A stretch of DNA of 64,000 bases from Nitrosopumilus sp. GTDB lineage: Archaea > Thermoproteota > Nitrososphaeria > Nitrososphaerales > Nitrosopumilaceae. The notes beneath the pieces were generated by a model, which was given only the letters and a program-made list of their open reading frames with translations, had not been told where the DNA came from and searched no databases. Positions 31,811 to 41,969 of the stretch are shown in pieces. Location of the stretch: positions 1,056,001 to 1,120,000 of the forward strand of contig OZ245040.1 in NCBI GenBank assembly GCA_965224195.1, given 5' to 3'. Position 1 is the stretch's first letter. Every line of letters starts with the position of its first letter. The translations under genes and the position numbers were made by a program.

Positions 31811-32407
31811 ATGTCAATGTATATGCCAGGAGCAACTGCTGTTGGAATTACTTTTGATGGTGGTATAGTTCTCGCAAGTGAGAAAAGGATCGCATTTGGA
31901 AACTTTTTGGTAAGTAAATCTACAAAGAAAACATTCCCTATCACTAACAAAGTCGGTGCAACTTGTGCTGGTCTAGTAGCTGACATGCAAATTCTATCTT
32001 TACAAATTTCTGCTTTAGCTAAAATTAGAAAAATGGAACTCAAAAGAGATGTTCCGCCAAACACCGTAGCCAAAATGATGTCCAACATGATGTATGAACG
32101 AAGATACTTCCCATTGCTGACTCAGGTAATTGTTGGTGGTGTAGTTGACAAACCAATCATGTACACATTAGACCCATTAGGTTCAGTACTTCCTGATGAT
32201 TATGCAGCAGTAGGAACTGGTGCAGAAATGGCATTGGGTGTTTTGGATCCTCAGTTCAAACCAAACATGAGTAGAGAAGAAGCAGTAGAGTTAGCAAAAC
32301 ATGCAGTTCGTTCAGCAGCACTTAGAGATTCTGCCAGTGGTGATGGATTAGATGTACTTGTAATCACTAAAGATGGTACTGAAGAATTTACAGAAGACAT
32401 TAAATAA
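31811..32407 (+). CDS. psmB: Proteasome subunit beta
   Basis: GATAVG propeptide junction, GLVADMQ, RDSASGDG. Confidence 0.93.
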   Translation: MSMYMPGATAVGITFDGGIVLASEKRIAFGNFLVSKSTKKTFPITNKVGATCAGLVADMQILSLQISALAKIRKMELKRDVPPNTVAKMMSNMMYERRYFPLLTQVIVGGVVDKPIMYTLDPLGSVLPDDYAAVGTGAEMALGVLDPQFKPNMSREEAVELAKHAVRSAALRDSASGDGLDVLVITKDGTEEFTEDIK

Positions 32408-32431
32408 AAAAATTCTTTTAAAAAAATAGTT

Positions 32432-32908
32432 TTAATCGTAAATCGTTTTACCTGTTTCCCAGAATCTGTCTGAGATATAATGCATGTTTCTTATGATCTC
32501 GCCTTTTTTCATAGTTTCTAGTTCTGAGCTACTTACCAATGATTTTCCAACTGCCAAAAACTTGTGTTGAGATTCCTCAACGATACATACTATCTTGTCT
32601 TTTTCAAACTCTGTAAATTTTTTAATTCCAGGTCTCATCAAGTTTGCCCCCTTACACATGAATTTCACTGCACCCATGTCTACTGTAACTGTTGGAAATT
32701 TCTCCAACATTTCAATTTCAGATAAAAATGGTAAATAATCTTCATCAACTTTTAGAATTTTTAATCCATCACCTGTGATTATTTGTGCATCATCTAAAAT
32801 TTGATGGACTTTGACATTTTTTATTTTAGGAAATTCCATTCCCCATTTTTCTGAAACTGTTTTTAGCAGTGTGCTAGTTTCACTTTTAGAAATTAAATTA
32901 GACTTCAA
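32432..32908 (-). CDS. PUA-domain RNA-binding protein
   Basis: VDMGAVKFMCKGANLMRPGI. Confidence 0.88.
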   Translation of the reverse strand: MKSNLISKSETSTLLKTVSEKWGMEFPKIKNVKVHQILDDAQIITGDGLKILKVDEDYLPFLSEIEMLEKFPTVTVDMGAVKFMCKGANLMRPGIKKFTEFEKDKIVCIVEESQHKFLAVGKSLVSSSELETMKKGEIIRNMHYISDRFWETGKTIYD

Positions 32909-33915
32909 TCTCTGGCAATCTCTTGTCTGATATCTAACAAGTCTCTGAGAATTGAACTAGCTGTTTCCATGCCTCCTGCACCTTTACCGATAATTGTCTG
33001 AGTGCCTGAATGCTCAGATGTAAAAGCAATTGCATTTAATGTTCCATTTACACATAATGGATCGTCATTTGGTACTTCTTTTGGTCCCACAACAAGTTCT
33101 TTGTTACAAGACGAGATTAATTTTATTGCACAATTGTTCTTAGCTGCCTTTTTGATATCATTAACTGTAACTTTTCTAATTCCTGTACAATTGATGTCAG
33201 GTAAGGTTACTTTCATTCCCATAACCCAGTTTGCAAGAATGACTAGTTTTGCTGCAGCATCTAGTCCGTCTAAATCCAATGCCTCGTCAGCTTCGACATA
33301 TCCTTTGTCTTTTGCATCTTTGAGTGCCCCTTCGTAGGTTTCACCTGTTCCCATATTTGTTAAAATGTAATTTGTGGTTCCATTTAGAATTCCTGCAAAT
33401 GATGTAATTCTTTCACCACTAAGGCTATTTTTAGCATAATCTAGAATTGGAGTTCCGCCACCTACTGTCCCGCTAAATTTGAACATTACCTGGTTGTATA
33501 TTGCAAGTTCTAGAAGCGATGGGAATGCCAAGGCCAGTGGTCCTTTATTTACTGATATAACGTGCATACCTTTTTTCATGGCAGTAGTTATGTGAGTCAT
33601 TCCAGGCTCTGCATCTTTGTAATTACTTGCAGTGGTCTCAATGAGAACATCTGCTTCTACATTTTTTAACATGTCGATTCCTGACATTGAATTTTTGGAA
33701 TCTGCATAATTTTTTACAGTTCCAAACTTTTTCTTTGTCTCGATTAGTTTATTGAAATTTAATCCTGATGGGTTTACTGCACTTCCTTTACTATCAAAGA
33801 CTCCTACAACTCTAGGTTTTAACCCATATTTTGCATATAGATCATCTGCTCTTGATTCAAATAATTTTACCAAGCTTTGACCTACAACCCCAAAACCGCA
33901 TAACATGATTCTCAA
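32905..33915 (-). CDS. hom: Homoserine dehydrogenase
   Basis: GFGVVG, NKGP, GILNGTTNYIL, GAGGMETAS. Confidence 0.93.
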   Translation of the reverse strand: MRIMLCGFGVVGQSLVKLFESRADDLYAKYGLKPRVVGVFDSKGSAVNPSGLNFNKLIETKKKFGTVKNYADSKNSMSGIDMLKNVEADVLIETTASNYKDAEPGMTHITTAMKKGMHVISVNKGPLALAFPSLLELAIYNQVMFKFSGTVGGGTPILDYAKNSLSGERITSFAGILNGTTNYILTNMGTGETYEGALKDAKDKGYVEADEALDLDGLDAAAKLVILANWVMGMKVTLPDINCTGIRKVTVNDIKKAAKNNCAIKLISSCNKELVVGPKEVPNDDPLCVNGTLNAIAFTSEHSGTQTIIGKGAGGMETASSILRDLLDIRQEIARD

Positions 33916-34240
33916 ATCATTTTTTTCCTTTTTGTTTGGTTTTTGCAGTTCATAATATTCTTCTTGATTTTATTATCCTTAATTGTGTATAATACACCAT
34001 GTTTCGTCCTATTTTCTAACGGTGTTTGTATCATAGGATGATTCACCTTTTTGGTTTCATAAATATTCCTAGTCAAAATTCCTGTGTTTTTGATCAATTC
34101 TGAGGTTGAAATAGAGTTTAGAATCTAATTTCTGATAAAAACCAATGACGGGATTTAGTCAAAAAGTTTCAAGCCTATTCTGAAACGATTGATTTTAGTT
34201 TATTCACAAAATCAAAATTATTTCTGTAGATGGTCTTTTT

Positions 34241-35330
34241 TTATTCTTTCACATAACTCTCTGTTTTTAGCTCTTTTCCTGATTCTAACCTAATCGTATA
34301 TGCACTTAGTTTACTTTCAAAAATTGCCAGTACTGGCTCTTTAGTCTGCTTGATAGTTATCACTATGCATTCTTTTTGATCCTTTTTCTCATTCTCTAAG
34401 GAAATTTGTTGAAGAATAACATAACTGGGATCATATTCTGTAAATTTGTTAATCATAGTTCTTAACGATTGCATTCTATCCTCTAAATCTTCAACACCTA
34501 CAATTTCTCTAGTTCTATCGGTAATGCCTATGATGATAATACCATCATTTGAATTGGCATAACTGACAATATGCTGTGCAAATTCAAATTGTTTGATGTT
34601 TTTTGCCCCTGCTCCTTTTATACTCCAAAAATCTAATGTTTTTTTAAAATCCCACAAATTGTTTTCTACTATGCTTTGTTTTCTAACATAATTGATCACT
34701 TTTTTAAAAATTATATGTCTAAAAATTTATTCTGCTCTTGAATTTTTTTAATATCCAAAATTATTAGATTTACCGAGTCTCTAATTTTATGACAATATTC
34801 TTCAAAATCATGCATGATTTCATTTTCAGCTCTTGTAAACAGATACTTTTTACCTATTACTGGATGGCCAAGAAACGTCTCAGTAATCGTGCAGCTGTTC
34901 CCAGCTGCATACAAAGCAGGTGTAGAAGAAGCAATCGCCAACAAGAAACGTCTCAGTAATCGTGCATCTGTTCCCAGCTTGTAAACAGATACTTTTTACT
35001 TATTACTGGATGGCTTTCAGGATCTAATGGATCAAAAGCATCTAAATGCAATTCATGATAAATTCTACCTACTTGGTAACCTCCATACATTACAAAACCT
35101 AATGCAATTTCAGCGTAATGCTTGATTGAAGATTCACTGTCCGCTATTATTCTGGCAGTGGTTGATGGAAATCTTTCAGAACGTCTACTTGTACCCCATC
35201 CTTTATATGAAAATAAAATTGTAGGCACATCTTCATCTTTTTGTTTTAACTATTCGGTATATTCTAATAATTCAGTAATTTCTTTGTCATTCTTATCTGC
35301 AAATTTTTTTATTTTTTGAATGATCTATCC
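34241..35330 (-). pseudogene. Schlafen/AlbA_2-domain protein, disrupted
   Basis: C-terminal WDFK...SYANSNDGIIIIGITD; ORF pieces 34241-34699, 34711-34944 and 34953-35228; in-frame stop near 35250; 5' end abuts an IS1595 remnant. Confidence 0.7.
34832..35014. repeat. A-B-X-B-A nested direct-repeat insertion (37/36/37/36/37 bp)
   Basis: A at 34832-34868 and 34978-35014 (1 mismatch); B at 34869-34904 and 34942-34977 (1 mismatch); X at 34905-34941. Confidence 0.92.
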
Positions 35331-35332
35331 AT

Positions 35333-35532
35333 TGATCACAGCAAAATGTTTGGAAAAGGAGATGTGTACATTAATGGGATTGAAGGTTTTTAGAGTTTTG
35401 TCAAACAGAACATGGCAAAGCATCATGGGGTGAATCCGGGAAAGTTCTTGTTGTACATCAAGGAGATGGAATGCAGATACAACAGTAGAGATGTAGATAC
35501 TTTCTCATTATTGCTTGATTATTGCCTTGGTG
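35333..35532 (+). mobile_element. IS1595-family transposase C-terminal remnant
   Basis: Translates as DHSK..GDVYINGIEGF.SFVK..HHGV....LYIKEMECRYN. Confidence 0.7.
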
Positions 35533-35552
35533 ATGAATAATTGAGTCACCCA

Positions 35553-35780
35553 TTATTTTTTGTCGCATTGTTTGTAAATTGGCTCAAAGAATGGTAACGG
35601 CAAATGTATGACATTAAGATATTTAATTATTTGATCATGTCTCAAGATATTTTGTTTTTTGATTGTGACTTTATTCATTATAGAATGATCAAAATACAAA
35701 AAACCAGAAGATGTCGTTATAATTTGCACATATCCTAAAACTCTCAACACTCTGACAAAATGATGCCAGCCTATTTTCAG
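35553..35780 (-). CDS. Possible divergent HicA-like toxin
   Basis: WHHFVRVLRVLGY...YFDH...VTI pattern, directly downstream of a HicB-like ORF. Confidence 0.35.
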   Translation of the reverse strand: MKIGWHHFVRVLRVLGYVQIITTSSGFLYFDHSIMNKVTIKKQNILRHDQIIKYLNVIHLPLPFFEPIYKQCDKK

Positions 35781-35980
35781 ATAAACACCACCTTGTGCAT
35801 AATATCTTTTGTAAAAAATTCGGATTTGGATTCTGGAAAGGCCTCTACATATCCGGCAATAATTTTATCCAATTCTGATTTTATCTCCTGTTTGTTTTTT
35901 CCAACAACAATTATCTCTGGTTTGTCGTAGCATTGAGCTAGCAATCCCTGCTCACTTTTTACCAGTTTTACTTGCAAATT
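35777..35980 (-). CDS. HicB-like antitoxin domain (start uncertain)
   Basis: VKSEQGLLAQCYDKPEIIVVGKNKQEIKSEL resembles the HicB fold pattern. Confidence 0.45.
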   Translation of the reverse strand, partial: NLQVKLVKSEQGLLAQCYDKPEIIVVGKNKQEIKSELDKIIAGYVEAFPESKSEFFTKDIMHKVVFI

Positions 35981-36449
35981 ACCCAAGATATAGGTATAAT
36001 AAATATGATATATATAAAATGTTATTATCCGGATTGATGCTGTCCTGCATACCACACTCCTTGTATCTGAGGATTTTGGAATGTGCAAGCATTACTTTTA
36101 CTTCTTTTGTAGTATATGCTCGCAAGCTAGGTGTCTTTTGCCTCTGTGGTAACATCTTGTAGATTATTTCCCAATTAAGATGAACTCGATTCATCACAAA
36201 GAAGTGTTTTATTCCTCCAAGCTTTGACGGTATGGAGTTAGGGTTTGCAGTCTGCCTCAAATACAGAACATAGTTTTCAAGCATTATCTGTAGATCATTG
36301 ATGAAAATTTCCAATAACTTCTTTTCATTAAATAATCCTGTGAATTTTCTGAATTGAGTAAGGTTTGATGTATAATTCTTTTTGGTATGCTTTGACTTGA
36401 TTGATTCTTCAAACAAGATCATGCTTCTTTGTTTTGTAAGCAATGTCAA
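35979..36449 (-). pseudogene. Truncated tyrosine recombinase (N-terminal half), paralog of 46288-47217
   Basis: LLTKQRS..LFEESIKSK.TKKNYT...NPNSIPSK...SLRAYTTKEVK shared; catalytic domain missing. Confidence 0.85.
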
Positions 36450-36677
36450 ACATTACATTCTTGTAATCCTTGGCAAAATTTTCTTTGCTTATGTTTGCAT
36501 ATAGCAATATAGAATATGGAGTTTTAATCCTCAATCTCTTGTTTTCTGCTGGTACCACCGTAACGATATTTTCATTTCTTAGTGTCAGATGATTCCTTTC
36601 TTTTAAGTCATGGTGAATCTTTGTTTTTGCAGGTATCTTATCATCTGGTTGCCTGATATTCTTGGAAACTTTGACAT
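36450..36677 (-). pseudogene. HicA toxin pseudogene, paralog of 47310-47546
   Basis: MSKFPRISGNQMIRYL then stop/frameshift, continuing HLTL...VVPA. Confidence 0.8.
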
Positions 36678-36889
36678 TATTGTTTGATAATAAGCATGTT
36701 AAATTCAGTTAAATTTCCACTCTCTTCGGCTGCAAGCTCTACTGCTTCCTTTATATTTTCCATCATATCTCCGAATGTATCGCTTTCTGATACTGCATGT
36801 AGTTCGTCACATCTGCCAACAAATCCGCCATCTTCAAGATCCTTGGTTATTACTACTGTGTAGGTCTTTTTTTGTAGGGTTGTACTCGT
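36677..36889 (-). pseudogene. HicB antitoxin paralog with ACG in place of the start codon
   Basis: TSTTLQKKTYTVVITKDLEDGGFVGRCDELHA...ENIKEAVELA matches the HicB at 47546-47752. Confidence 0.8.
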
Positions 36890-38175
36890 AACGTAGATAG
36901 TCTCAAAAGCGTTAAAAATATTGCTAGTCTTATGCGTATTTTTGTAAGTAAAAAGAGATTATTGATTGCATCAACTCCTGACAGGATTGACGCAATCTTT
37001 TGCTGTTCCTTAATGTTTTTTGTATATGGTAGTTTTGTATTGGCAATTTCATCTTGATTTATTGCATCATAAGTAGTTCCTTGTGAATAAACTAAAAATC
37101 TTTTTTTACTGTGATTGACAAGGTAGTAACAATATAATAGATCGCATTCTATTGGATTTAACGCTGCTACTCCTCTACCTAAGCAACATTTCTTTCTTGT
37201 TAAGTTAATTTCTCCAACAGGAGCCCTTACAGAAAATAGAATCGAATTATCATTTGTAGTTTTTTTAGGATCAGTACACCAAATCATTGGATTTGGATAT
37301 GTTGCTCCAAAATCTGTTACTCCTTGATAGAATGGCAATCCTTTTTCTTCTTTATTATAACTTTCAGATGGTGGAGATTGACCCATTGTAATTTGTAGTA
37401 TCTTTGCAGTAGGTTTGATCTCCCATTCTTCTGGAATCTCATCATATTTTCCAAATAATCCCCTTACCCTCTTGAATTTTTTATGCCCTATCCCCCTGGT
37501 CAGAAGCTCCTGCATTAGACCTTTCTTCAATAGCTCAGCTTTGTTTACAACTTCTTGTGTACATTCAATTAATGCGTCAACTCTAGAGAGGATTGACGCA
37601 ATCTTTTGCTGTTCATGAATTAGAGGCAAGAGAATCAAAATTTGTTTTAGGTTTTTTTTGGATAGTCCATAAACTGAAACTCCTGTAACTCTTGCAATAA
37701 TTTGTTTCGTGACAAAATTCATTGATGTCAGATATGCTCGAAAATCAACCGAAGTATTCCCTTTTACATCTCGGATTGCAATCGTATGTAACCCTGAGAC
37801 TAGTTTCTTTCCATCAACATTTTTCAACAATATGCTTGTGCCAGAACCTTCATGATCCTCTGATGCATCTGCTATGACAAGGTCTCCTTCTTTTAACAAC
37901 GAGATATTTTTTACTTTAATTTTATCAATGAAGGGAATTTCTTCATTTTTGCAATCAAGAAAAATTTTCCATTTTGTATGCATGTCTCCATAATGGATAT
38001 AGTTCACATCACCTTTGTCTTCAAGATCGTTACGTGAGTTTGTAGCTGTGGAAAGGAATTCAAACACTTCCTCAAATGTTTTGGTCTTCCAATCTTCAGG
38101 AATCTCTATCTCTTTTCCAAACAACCATTTAACAAGCTTGTATCCTTTTTGCGGTGGCGTGCAACCATCCTTCAA
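36853..38175 (-). CDS. hsdS: Type I RM specificity subunit, two TRDs but lacking the C-terminal conserved helix (silent allele)
   Basis: EIPEDW/EIPEEW and two EQQKIASILS; HsdS homology ends at ...SGVDA (36967). Confidence 0.88.
   Translation of the reverse strand: MKDGCTPPQKGYKLVKWLFGKEIEIPEDWKTKTFEEVFEFLSTATNSRNDLEDKGDVNYIHYGDMHTKWKIFLDCKNEEIPFIDKIKVKNISLLKEGDLVIADASEDHEGSGTSILLKNVDGKKLVSGLHTIAIRDVKGNTSVDFRAYLTSMNFVTKQIIARVTGVSVYGLSKKNLKQILILLPLIHEQQKIASILSRVDALIECTQEVVNKAELLKKGLMQELLTRGIGHKKFKRVRGLFGKYDEIPEEWEIKPTAKILQITMGQSPPSESYNKEEKGLPFYQGVTDFGATYPNPMIWCTDPKKTTNDNSILFSVRAPVGEINLTRKKCCLGRGVAALNPIECDLLYCYYLVNHSKKRFLVYSQGTTYDAINQDEIANTKLPYTKNIKEQQKIASILSGVDAINNLFLLTKIRIRLAIFLTLLRLSTLRVQPYKKRPTQ
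36967..37008 (-). repeat. 42-bp terminal hsdS repeat (inverted to 45870-45911, direct to 47827-47869)
   Basis: gaacagcaaaagattgcgtcaatcctgtcaggagttgaYgca. Confidence 0.92.
37448..37614 (-). repeat. 167-bp inverted repeat identical to 45234-45400
   Basis: Base-by-base comparison of the two hsdS central regions. Confidence 0.93.
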
Positions 38176-38278
38176 TGTCTGATTTCAAATGTTATTCCAT
38201 ATTAAGGCATAAACCATCATTTACAAACCCCGATAAATACAATACATTAAAAAACTCTGAAACACATATCAGTCTAAA

Positions 38279-41200
38279 ATGAATTTTGATGTAGGCAAAG
38301 GTCCTGAAGCAACAGAATCAGAACTTCCAGCACTAGAGCAGCTAGTTGCAATGGGATACCAATACATCACACAGTCAGAACTCAACAAAACACGTACAGA
38401 TTATCGTGATGTATTACTCTATGATAGACTTGAGCAAGCAATTAGACGCTTAAATCCTGATTTTGATGATGATGGGATTCATGATGCAGTAGCTCAAATC
38501 GGTGAGGATAGATTCCCTTACAATTTAGATCCTGTTGAAACAAATGAGAAAATCAGGGCAAAACTAATCGGACTATCAAAGTCTGGTGGATTAGAACCCG
38601 TTGTTGTAACTCAAAATTTTGGTGAAGGGCCAGTTCAAAAGGTGGCAAAAATATTTGATCTTGATAATCCACAAAACAATGACTTTGTAGTAACAAACCA
38701 ATTCCAACTAGAAGGATTAAAGAATCCAATCTTTCCCGATGTAACAATTTTTGTAAATGGCATCCCTCTAGTTCAAATTGAATGCAAATCCCCTGCAATA
38801 CCTGACCCAATTGGTGAGGCAGTGGATAGAAAAAATTTCTACAAGTATCAGCAAAGAGGTAACGGGTATGAAAAACTATTTTTCTACAATCACTGTCTAA
38901 TTGCAGCTTGTGGAACTTTGGCTAGAGTTGGAACACTAAATTCTAATTTAAACTATTATTCTAGATGGGCAAAGCCATATCCGTTATCTGTAGATGATGT
39001 AAAACAACTATGCAATGGCAAGGCAAGAGAGCAAGAAATTCTCATTGCAGGATTACTTGCAAAAGAAAATCTGCTAAACCACATGCAAAATTTTGTACTC
39101 TATGATACAATTAACCACAATCGTGTCAAAATGATTGCAAAACATCAGCAATACAAAGCAGTATCTGAATGTGTGAATCGTTTAAAATTAGGCGAGGACA
39201 TCAAAGACAAGGGCGGAATCATTTGGCACACACAAGGTTCAGGTAAATCATTTTCCATGTTATGGTTTGCATCGCAGCTAATGTACAAGTTTGGCAATCC
39301 TCCAATAATGATAGTTACAGACAGAAAACAACTAGACAAACAAATTCATGACACTTTTAAAAAATGTGGATTTCCCAGTCCAATTAGAGCAAAAAATGGG
39401 AAGCACTTGGCAGAACTATTGAAAAACCCTAAAGGCAAAACCATCATGGCAATTATTGACAAGTTTGCAACAGAGCATGGGGCACATACTGATGAGAAGG
39501 TAATATGCCTAGTTGATGAGGCACACAGAAGTCAGTACAAGATAAATGCCGAACAAATGCGAGTATCCATGCCTAATGCCGTGTTTTATGGCTTTACAGG
39601 CACGCCAATTGACAAAAATGACAAGAGTACACCTCGTGTCTTTGGACCAATCATTGACAAGTATGGATTCCGAGAATCCCAAGAAGATGGTGCAACATTG
39701 CCAATCAGGTATCATGGAAGACTATCTGAATTGTTTGTTGAAGGCGGAGAAACAATTGATGAACTCTTTGAGCGAATTATTGGCAGTGATCCTACAGTAA
39801 ATGAAGAACTCAAAGACAAACTCAAAAAACAATGTGCCACAAAGGGAAAGATTGCAGAAGCTCCATCAAGAATCAAACGAATATCCTTGGATTTAGTCAA
39901 ACATTACACTACTCACATTGAACCAAACGGATACAAGGCAATGCTTGTTGCACCATCAAGGGAAGCCGCTGTACTTTACAAAAAAAATTTAGATGAACTA
40001 AACGCGCCACCATCAAAAATTATCATGACTTCTGATTTGGGTGAGAAAGGAAAAGATGAGCAAAGTTGGGATGAATATCGCCTCTCCTCTGAACAAAGAG
40101 AACAAGAAGCAGAACTATTCAAGAGTGCAGATAATCCGACCAAGATCCTAATTGTAGTTGACATGTTGCTTGTAGGATATGATGCACCAATTTGTCAGGT
40201 ATTATATCTTGATAAGGGAATTAGAGAACACAGCTTACTTCAAGCAATTGCCAGAGTAAACAGACCGCATGATGAACCAAAGACACATGGATTAATTGTA
40301 GATTATTCAGGTGTCACCAAAGAATTACAAACAGCACTTGAAATGTTTGAGAAAGATGACATTGAAGGGGCATTGGATCCACTAAATGAATTTCTACAGT
40401 TACTAAAAGATAGACATGCTGATGCAATTGTCTTTTTCAAAGGTATTGACAGAGAAGACAATGATGCAATCATAGAATACTTTGAACCATTAGATCTACG
40501 TGATGAGTTTGAGCAAGCATTCAAGCTGTTTTCAAGGGCATTGGATTCTGTAATGCCTGATAAAGAAGCAGACCCATACATTGAGGATTTCAAGTTCCTA
40601 AGTAAGGCAAGGCAGATAATTCGCACCTATTATGAGGGTGTCAAGCCCAGTACACGCCCATATGCCAAAAAAATCCAGAAATTAATCGATGATCATATTC
40701 GTTCACTATGTATTTCTGAATTAATTAATCCAATGGAGATTACATATGAGAATTTCTTGGCCTTTGTCAAAAAGAAGGTAAAAAGTGAGAAAGCACAAGC
40801 TGCCTTGATCAAAAACAAGGCAATCCAGGTAATTGAAGAACTAAGGGGGAACAATCCTGCATATTATGAGAAACTCTGGGAGAGACTACAAAAAATTATT
40901 GAAGAGGAAGAAAAAAGACGCAGAGAAAATGCACAATACTTTATACATCAAGAAGTATATGCAGAAGTCTATGACAAAGCACTAGCAGAAGAAAAAGAAA
41001 GGCAAAAAGTATTCGGTGATTATGAAGCAACCCAATTTGAATTTGCATTGTATGGAGAATTTAATGAAATAAAAGGCAGTCGTGAGGAATCAATTGAATT
41101 AACAAAAAAGATTCACTCTCAATTGGTTAAAGAAACTGAAATTGTCGGATGGAGAACAAAAAACAGTGTTGAGAAAAACATGAAGACTATACTATATGAT

Positions 41201-41284
41201 ACACTTAGTGTTGCAGGATTTGAAGATGAAAAACTCTCCAAACTTTCAGAGAAGATACTAACATTGGCAAAGAACAGATTATGA
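38279..41284 (+). CDS. hsdR: Type I restriction endonuclease subunit R
   Basis: PD..IFVNGIPL..IECK nuclease motif, HTQGSGKS, DEAH, FTGTP, QAIARVNR. Confidence 0.95.
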   Translation: MNFDVGKGPEATESELPALEQLVAMGYQYITQSELNKTRTDYRDVLLYDRLEQAIRRLNPDFDDDGIHDAVAQIGEDRFPYNLDPVETNEKIRAKLIGLSKSGGLEPVVVTQNFGEGPVQKVAKIFDLDNPQNNDFVVTNQFQLEGLKNPIFPDVTIFVNGIPLVQIECKSPAIPDPIGEAVDRKNFYKYQQRGNGYEKLFFYNHCLIAACGTLARVGTLNSNLNYYSRWAKPYPLSVDDVKQLCNGKAREQEILIAGLLAKENLLNHMQNFVLYDTINHNRVKMIAKHQQYKAVSECVNRLKLGEDIKDKGGIIWHTQGSGKSFSMLWFASQLMYKFGNPPIMIVTDRKQLDKQIHDTFKKCGFPSPIRAKNGKHLAELLKNPKGKTIMAIIDKFATEHGAHTDEKVICLVDEAHRSQYKINAEQMRVSMPNAVFYGFTGTPIDKNDKSTPRVFGPIIDKYGFRESQEDGATLPIRYHGRLSELFVEGGETIDELFERIIGSDPTVNEELKDKLKKQCATKGKIAEAPSRIKRISLDLVKHYTTHIEPNGYKAMLVAPSREAAVLYKKNLDELNAPPSKIIMTSDLGEKGKDEQSWDEYRLSSEQREQEAELFKSADNPTKILIVVDMLLVGYDAPICQVLYLDKGIREHSLLQAIARVNRPHDEPKTHGLIVDYSGVTKELQTALEMFEKDDIEGALDPLNEFLQLLKDRHADAIVFFKGIDREDNDAIIEYFEPLDLRDEFEQAFKLFSRALDSVMPDKEADPYIEDFKFLSKARQIIRTYYEGVKPSTRPYAKKIQKLIDDHIRSLCISELINPMEITYENFLAFVKKKVKSEKAQAALIKNKAIQVIEELRGNNPAYYEKLWERLQKIIEEEEKRRRENAQYFIHQEVYAEVYDKALAEEKERQKVFGDYEATQFEFALYGEFNEIKGSREESIELTKKIHSQLVKETEIVGWRTKNSVEKNMKTILYDTLSVAGFEDEKLSKLSEKILTLAKNRL

Positions 41285-41823
41285 TCAGTAAACTTCGCTA
41301 TGGCAATAGTGTCATAGAATACCAAATTATTAAAAGTAAGAGAAGAAAGACTTCGGAAATTAGAGTGGATGAAAACGGAGTAGAGATTCATACTCCAATT
41401 ACAAAAAAAGATTCAGAGATTCAAGAGATTGTTAACACCAAAAAACAATGGATATTCAAAAAACAATTAGAGTTTACAGACAGAAATAAAAGACAATTCA
41501 AAACTACAACAAAAACTCTTGAATATCTTGAGAAAAGATCTTGGAAGCTGGCAGAGAAGATTGGTGTTAAACCAAAGAAGATAGTAGTAAAAAATCTCAA
41601 ATCAAGATGGGGAAGTGCTGGAAAAACAGGAACAATTACGCTTAATCAGGCGTTAACCAGAATGCCTCCGAGAATAATCGACTATGTGATAATTCATGAA
41701 TTATGTCATTTGAAAATTAAAGGACATTCAAGTAGATTTTGGAGTATTCTTTACTCATACAACAAAGACTATCAAAAAAACATTCTCTGGTTAGAAAATA
41801 ATTTCAAGGATTTGTTGGGATGA
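41281..41823 (+). CDS. M48/YgjP-like zinc metalloprotein
   Basis: KSRWGS, YVIIHELCHL, HSSRFW; typical hsdR neighbour. Confidence 0.88.
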   Translation: MISKLRYGNSVIEYQIIKSKRRKTSEIRVDENGVEIHTPITKKDSEIQEIVNTKKQWIFKKQLEFTDRNKRQFKTTTKTLEYLEKRSWKLAEKIGVKPKKIVVKNLKSRWGSAGKTGTITLNQALTRMPPRIIDYVIIHELCHLKIKGHSSRFWSILYSYNKDYQKNILWLENNFKDLLG

Positions 41824-41969
41824 CAAATGACTTGCAATTACTCAAAATAGGAATAAAAATGGGAGCCCACATTTGACATAACCAAAAATAAAAACAGAAT
41901 ATTTTATAAATTAATTATGGTGTTATAGAAGTATGTTGGAATTAAAACGTGTTCAGCATATCTTTATTG

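Noticed and set aside
31717-32088. Long N-terminal extension of the DoxX ORF
   Set aside because: It is antisense overlap with psmB; the DoxX-like sequence starts at the ATG at 31716.
34869-34977. Calling B-X-B a functional CRISPR array
   Set aside because: Only two repeats, no leader, no cas genes in the window and a non-canonical repeat; kept as a finding instead.
37651-37658. T8 tract in the silent hsdS as a phase-variation switch
   Set aside because: Runs of this length are common at this AT content, and the run has the same length in the duplicate copy near 47907.
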